In this document: one piece after another, positions 58,257-64,000 of the stretch | Layout: each line of letters starts with the position of its first letter | Numbering within the stretch: position 1 is the first letter of the stretch | NCBI GenBank assembly: GCA_051294375.1 | Contig: CM119265.1 | Coordinates: 9,558,339-9,622,338, forward strand | DNA from: Paraspadella gotoi | Taxonomy: Eukaryota; Animalia; Chaetognatha | Length of the DNA stretch: 64,000 nucleotides | Direction: 5' to 3' | Translations under genes and position numbers: made by a program | The notes under the pieces: generated by a model | What the model was told of the DNA's origin: nothing | Seen by the model: the letters and a program-made list of their open reading frames with translations, nothing else | Database searches by the model: none

Positions 58257-60878
58257 GAGCGAGAGCGAGAACGAGAACGATAAAGCGTCAGACATCGACT
58301 CTGCACCTCTCCTTTCGCCAGCATCTCGCCAGCGCATTTACCGGATAAGAGGGCGACGTCATCGGATTTCCTCTTCAATTTGATGCCCGTCTGTCCGCAG
58401 CGAAGGATATCCTCAACTTTGGCGTTGCAGTCGAGAAACTTTTTAGCGAGGCGGTCGAGTCGACGCTCGAGTTTGGAAACGCGTTGGTTCTGACAATTTA
58501 AAAGATAGTTTTTCTAATTCCGCCCGAAATTTTTTTTCCCCTCTCCAAATCAAGATGAATACCTGCATCTGGATGATGTGGTTCTGCCCCTGAATCTGGG
58601 AAGTTTGTTGGGATATTGTGTCTTCGCACAATTTTTGCACTTCGTCAAATTTACGTTTCATCGTCGAAAACTTTTTTTTTAGTTGATTAAATTCACTGAG
58701 AGAAAGATTTTTTTGTTTTTATCAAAAGTCCGTGAAAAGAATTGGATCCACCCCTCGGCCCTCCCCGCCTCCTTTTAACTCTTTACCTTAACGGGACTTG
58801 TGGAGGCAAAGACGTTGAGGAGGATGAAGCCGCGGAGGCGACTTCCGCGAAATGTTGCGCGTTTGACGAGTGGAAGCAAATGTCTGTCTTGCTGACTGCA
58901 AGTGACGGACCGGACGAAGATCCGGGCAATGAGTTTCCTGTTCAGAGATAATATTAATAAATTAGAGTACAGTAAAACAAACAAACAAGGAGACATATGT
59001 ACCGTGATTTCCTAAAAATTCCCTGAAGATGCTCATCGGACGATTGGGAGTGCTTTGATTAGGGGAACTTTGCTGGGGCTGTAGCTGCTGCTGCTGCTGT
59101 TGAGCGCGGTAGCGGATGATGGGGACGATCTTCTCGTCGAAGTGCTCCATCGCCATAGAAGAAATGTCTCTAAGTTCCTACCAGATTACCCATAAATTTT
59201 ATATTTAAAACTAATTTAAAATTTCGCATTTTAAAATTTATGCAAAACAAGTTTGAGCAAACAATGTCGAATCTTCCCACGGTCATTAGCGGTAATTAAT
59301 TAATTAATACAAACTATATAAACTAAAATAATAATTTAATTAATAAATTAATTAATTTGATCCAAAATGTTTGTTTTTAGGCCTTTTTGTTACTGACCAC
59401 GCCAAAAGCAACGACGACGATGATGGCGGCGACGATTGACTTAATTGATTAAATAATTAATTAATTTATAAATAAATTTATTGATTGAATAGATAATTAA
59501 TAGATAACTAAATAAATTGATTGATTAATAAATTGATTGATTAATTGACCAATTAATTAATTATTAATTGATTAATTAACTGATTAATTAATATATCTTG
59601 AATTTACATTTAATATAATGAGAAAAAGAAGCATAATCAATTAGTAAAACAAGTTTTTTTTTTCCATTTAAACTCATTTCCACTCAGACGATTCCATCGA
59701 AACTTGATTTTCAGCTTAATCACACACTTTCCTACCCTCATACAAAATTTCAAGTCAATCGCCCCGTCCATTTATGAGTAATTGGCGTTCAAATAGTAAA
59801 ATAATTTTTTTTGTTTTTTTCCATTTAAACTTATTTCCACTCGCACAATTCCATCGAAACTTCATATCCAGCTCAATAACACACTTCCCTACGCACACAC
59901 AAAATTTCATTCCAATCCATCCATCCAATCAGTTTTTGCTAAGGACGGACAGACGGACAGACATCCTTTTCTTTACATAATTTATCATAATTCTATATTC
60001 TGACATGATATAAGTGAATGCCCGACAAGATTGAGGGGAGGACCGACGGACCGACAAAGTGTATTATAGAGTCGGGATCTACTGATAAGCAGATCCGACT
60101 AAAAACGGAGAATTCATCTACCGCTGACCTGCAGGAGTTCGTGAGCTCTTGGGAGATTGCTGGAGCATCCATCGAGCGTAGCTTTAGCGGAGACTTGCAC
60201 GAGGTTGAGGATGCGGACGACCTCGTCAAGTACTTTGCCCGGGATGAATGAGGCGGCGCCCGTCTCGATGTACTTGGTGTAGGTCATTGAGAGAAGAGAG
60301 AGACGAGTCTCAATGCCGGAGAGAATGTCTGGGAATGAATGGACAAGAGAGGGAATGTTAGAAGAGGAGGGGGGAAAAAACGCAACAGAAAAGGGTTCTT
60401 CTGTTTTCTAAATACAAATACAAATAAAAATACAAATAAGGATCTTGAAATAAACCAAATAAAATCTCACCGCAGTGACGAGCTAGCGGATGGGAGCGAC
60501 GTTCACTTTCTCGTCGCGGAAGGTGACTCTTCACCCACTTGGTTGAGGCCGTGTGAAGTCGGTCCACTTTACAAAAACCCTTGAAATTGTGAAAAAATTT
60601 AACGAAAGAATTTTAGCCAATTAAGAGATAATTTTCTCTTGCCTAATCCCGTCTTTAAGTTTAATTTAGCCTCGTATTTTTTGCTCAACCCAGACCTGAT
60701 TCAAAATGGATTGGCATGTTCTGTTGAATCTCTGCGACACGAGTCGCGTTTGAGCAACATCTTCGAACGACATGCAGCCTAGAATGCGTTCGAGGAGTTC
60801 GGGCGGAAGGCGTTGGATCATGGATTCGTACGTCGGGGAGTCCGTGTCTGACGTCGATTCCTCGGAGTTGGCGGGCAT
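57702..60878 (-). CDS. FBXO28: F-box only protein 28 (pallbearer ortholog)
   Basis: F-box 'LPPELLERILGCMSFEDVAQTRLVSQRF', then 'LPRRESERRSHPLARHCDILSGIETRLSLLSMTY', 'FIPGKVLDE', and 'RAHELLQ|ELRDISSMAMEHFDEKIVP' across the 59.2-60.1 kb intron. Confidence 0.9.
59640..59985 (+). mobile_element. Non-autonomous Helitron/DINE-like element with two internal repeats about 160 bp apart
   Basis: Duplicated 'atttccactc...ttccatcgaaactt...caaaatttca' core and a ggacagac microsatellite near the 3' end. Confidence 0.55.
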
Positions 60879-61692
60879 GCCTGTTGAAGGCTGAATACGG
60901 TAGAAATGTAAAGATATTACAGCGGGAAATGTACTTGAATTTCTAAGAATTTAATCGCAATTACCATAGAATGCATGCCACGAAGAAGCCTGTTTAACAT
61001 GGAGCTGCCTGGCGCACAGCCAGAGGAGCTCATAATGAAAAGCCCCTCGTAAGCCTTGCAAGGTCAGCTTTGTGACTGGAATATCGAGTGCAAACTGTTG
61101 CGCTTTATTTATGTAATTTCAAAACACTGCCAAGATAAAAATTTTAGACGTCGGAGATATAATAATATGAGTTTAGTCGTGAGAGTACATTTTAAACCAA
61201 ATAGAAAGCCAGTTTTTAAAAAAATGTCAGAACTAACAAGAGAGCAGCAAATTTGCCGCAACGCCCTCTGAAAAGCCAAAGATTTACGATCAGCTGACGC
61301 AAAAAGCACTTAACAGTGCGCATATCGGTCGTAATTCTACTGTGACCAAGAAGCCATATCAAAAGAAGGTTAACTTATTCTCGCAGAGTAGCTGATCGTA
61401 ACTAACAGATGACTTAAGGAAAACTTAACCAACTTTCTAATCTCTCCGATCAAATATTGAAACCGATTAACCGATATTGACAACGCTCTCTATTTGTAAA
61501 CAAAACCACGCACTCTCTTTCTCGTTCACGTGACTGGGCTTGTCTCGCATCAACTCTAAAAAGATCTGCGTATATACAATTTTTCCCCCCTCGTGCCCAT
61601 ATTTTCGCCCCCCTTCTCCCACCGCGACCAAGCAATCTAGCTCGATTTTTAATTTTTTTTTTTTTCCGTCCACCCGCGTCGACGCAATCAGG

Positions 61693-62292
61693 ATGGCGAC
61701 AGCGGTTCAACCAGAGGTTCCAATTTCCAAGGTAAGCGGAGATTGTTGAGCTCATAGATTGAGGGAATGAAGCGTATTCTCATGGACGAAACGAGCGATT
61801 CTCTATTTTCAGGCGATCCCGACCAAAAAAGTTGTGCTCAACGACCCGAACCAAATTCCGGCCGACTATTCCACGACTCCTGGGGGTACTTGGTTCTCGA
61901 CCACACCTGGCGGAACGAGGCGAGTGTACGAAAGTGCCAGTTTTATTCGTAAACAATCTCAAATCTTCTTCGTTTTTATTTGGTCTCCCAGAATCGTGTA
62001 CGACAGACGCTTCATGCTCAACCTGCGCAATTCTCCTCTCTCTCACACGCCGCCTAAGAATTTGCCAAATATTCCCGGCGTCGTCAAAGGCACGGAAACC
62101 GTGGAAGCTAAGCCTGACCAGACCAAGGGTGAGGATAGAGGGAAACTGATTCCCAAAATTCTCGTTGAATTAAAATTCAATGCTGTGACAATCAATTTCA
62201 TTTCATTTGCGACAGTTGTGCATGGAAAGTCGCTGGGAAAAGTGGAGGAAGCACAAAACGAAACCGACGACCAATTCCAAATGGACATGTGA
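61693..62292 (+). CDS. EIF4EBP: eIF4E-binding protein (4E-BP/Thor), 4 coding exons
   Basis: 'AIP', '[40 protein letters not shown]', and the C-terminal TOS motif FQMDM. Confidence 0.96.
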
Positions 62293-63430
62293 TTCGTGGA
62301 TGAAAAGAGAGGGAAGGGCGAGGTTCGCAGCTTCCCTCTGAAATCTGCATCCCTTAACTGCATGCAAGATTTTGAACTCAAGAATTCCATTCTTGCGGAT
62401 TTGGACGTATTTTCCTTTTTTTCGTTGTTGGTTATTCTGGTGCTGGCTTTGATGAAAAAATCAAAATCAAAATCTTCTTCCCAATATTTGTCGAGAAATT
62501 TCGATTTCTCAGGTATCTGATATCTGTTTTTATACTGGCAGTATTTAACAGTAACTTTTAATAACGTAACGACAACTTTCTGAGACAGATTTCCCCCTCT
62601 ATAATCATCGCCAAAAGGCGTCTAGTGCTTCCTGTTTTTATTTTCTTTTACTATATCATAGTCGTAGTTTTTCGATCGCAAATTTTACTTCTTGCGCACA
62701 AAGTATTTCATGATACCTGTGACCATCATACTAAAACGTGTACTCAATTTTATTGTTAAAACTGAAGACTTGCTTTTCCAATCAAACCGCTTCGTTTTCA
62801 ACGCAGTTTTAATTTTTCAAAATTGATTACATAGTTCGAAACGTAACTGGAGAGCGTTCCATAGGAGCTAGTTAGATAGTGACGGTCTGGCAAACGATCT
62901 CGGATTTCCGTAGGGTATAGACGGAGGTCTTCGAGTTCTCTACTATCTAAACCAAATAAAACACGAACGCGGTACGTAGCAAAGTGGGAGAGAGTAATAA
63001 TTTTCAAAAACGTTTTAAACAACGGATTCGAACAAATTCCCTCCGTCGCGATTGTGAAGACGAATCTTAAAAGGAAGGTTCATTCACCTTAACAATGCGT
63101 AATTTTTGATGTATTAGAGCTGATACATCAAGAAATACATCGCAGTTATCAGTAATTGGCTTTTTCGTTTGACCCGCAACTCTTCAGAAAGGTTTCTTTT
63201 ATTTTCTATTATAATTTAAATCGAAATAAAATGGTGAAGAATGCATCAAATTTTAAAAGCGAGTACATTTTCGGAAACGCCAGGAGCTCCATTTTAGCCT
63301 TTTTCAAGTTGATCTGAATGACCCTTTGTCTTAAAGTATCACAACAACCAAGTTGACTCGGAGTCCATTTGCTCGAGGCGGTCAACGTTTTTTGTCAAGG
63401 ATTCCATCTTCGACAACCTACTTCCCGGCA

Positions 63431-63856
63431 TCACACGGACGGTTCCACGTTAGTCTTGGGCTTGTTCCACCCTTCCAATCCCTTAGGAAGGGTGGTATCT
63501 TCTTCGAAAGAGCCCGTGCCTTCAACAAATTCCTCGTAGGTTGATTTTTCGGCAAAGGGGCGCGGACCCAAGAGTTCGATCATGTCGTCGCGAGAAAGAA
63601 TTTCCTGCTCCAAGAGGCGAAGTGCCACCTGAAAGGTCGCGGGGGACGGGAGTGTGGGGGGATTGACGAAAGGCAGAGTTAAATCGTTAACAAGCAGGCT
63701 ACTACGAAACCATAATTTCACCTTTTCGCAAAGTTCTTTCTTTTCTTCCAGCAAAGCCTTCGTCCGCAGGTAGGCTTTTGAAACAATAGATCGAACTTCT
63801 TCATCTATCAACTGGGCCGTCGCTTCCGAGTAGGGTTTGTCGAATTGCATGTCGCC
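63431..63856 (-). CDS. AFG3L2: AFG3-like m-AAA protease, last two exons (rest outside the window)
   Basis: '[16 protein letters not shown]...[55 protein letters not shown]'. Confidence 0.95.
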   Translation of the reverse strand, partial: GDMQFDKPYSEATAQLIDEEVRSIVSKAYLRTKALLEEKKELCEKVKLWFRSSLLVNDLTLPFVNPPTLPSPATFQVALRLLEQEILSRDDMIELLGPRPFAEKSTYEEFVEGTGSFEEDTTLPKGLEGWNKPKTNVEPSV

Positions 63857-64000
63857 CTGATCGAGCGAAAGGATTTATTTAAAATAGTATTATATTATTA
63901 TATATGAAATTGGTATAACCAATATAAAAATTATCCATTCATTTAATAAATAAGCTATCTTGCCCCTGACTTTGGACAGGCTTTGGTGGTTTAAGGCCTC

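Noticed and set aside
57702-59156. A separate gene starting 'MAMEHFDEK'
   Set aside because: It continues FBXO28 in frame (ELLQ|ELRDISSMAMEHFDEKIVP).

Overview
Compact, intron-rich metazoan (invertebrate-type) genomic DNA with AT-rich introns, short spliceosomal introns and many microsatellites. Gene order: PRRC2/BAT2 (-, runs off the left edge) | MAP2K1/2 (+) | MYRF (-, about 26.6 kb) | 2x tRNA-Cys | MANBAL-like (-) | BTB-BACK-UBL-UBL-SUMO-like gene (-) | F-box gene (-) | TP53BP1 (-) | FBXO28 (-) | 4E-BP (+) | AFG3L2 3' end (-). Manual splicing places the MYRF C-terminal (MRF_C2) exons at 12.9-15.5 kb. One MYRF intron of about 16.3 kb therefore contains two protein genes: a same-strand Met/Ron-like receptor tyrosine kinase whose ectodomain is 2x[unrecognised Cys-rich module + 3 LDLa repeats], and an antisense ALP/Zasp-like LIM gene. 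Other MYRF introns hold a U5 snRNA variant and three tRNA-Arg copies. At least six short Penelope-like insertions carry minimal hammerhead ribozymes, often as inverted pairs, and interleave with MITE and Helentron-like elements. All exon boundaries and homology calls were made by eye, without searches.
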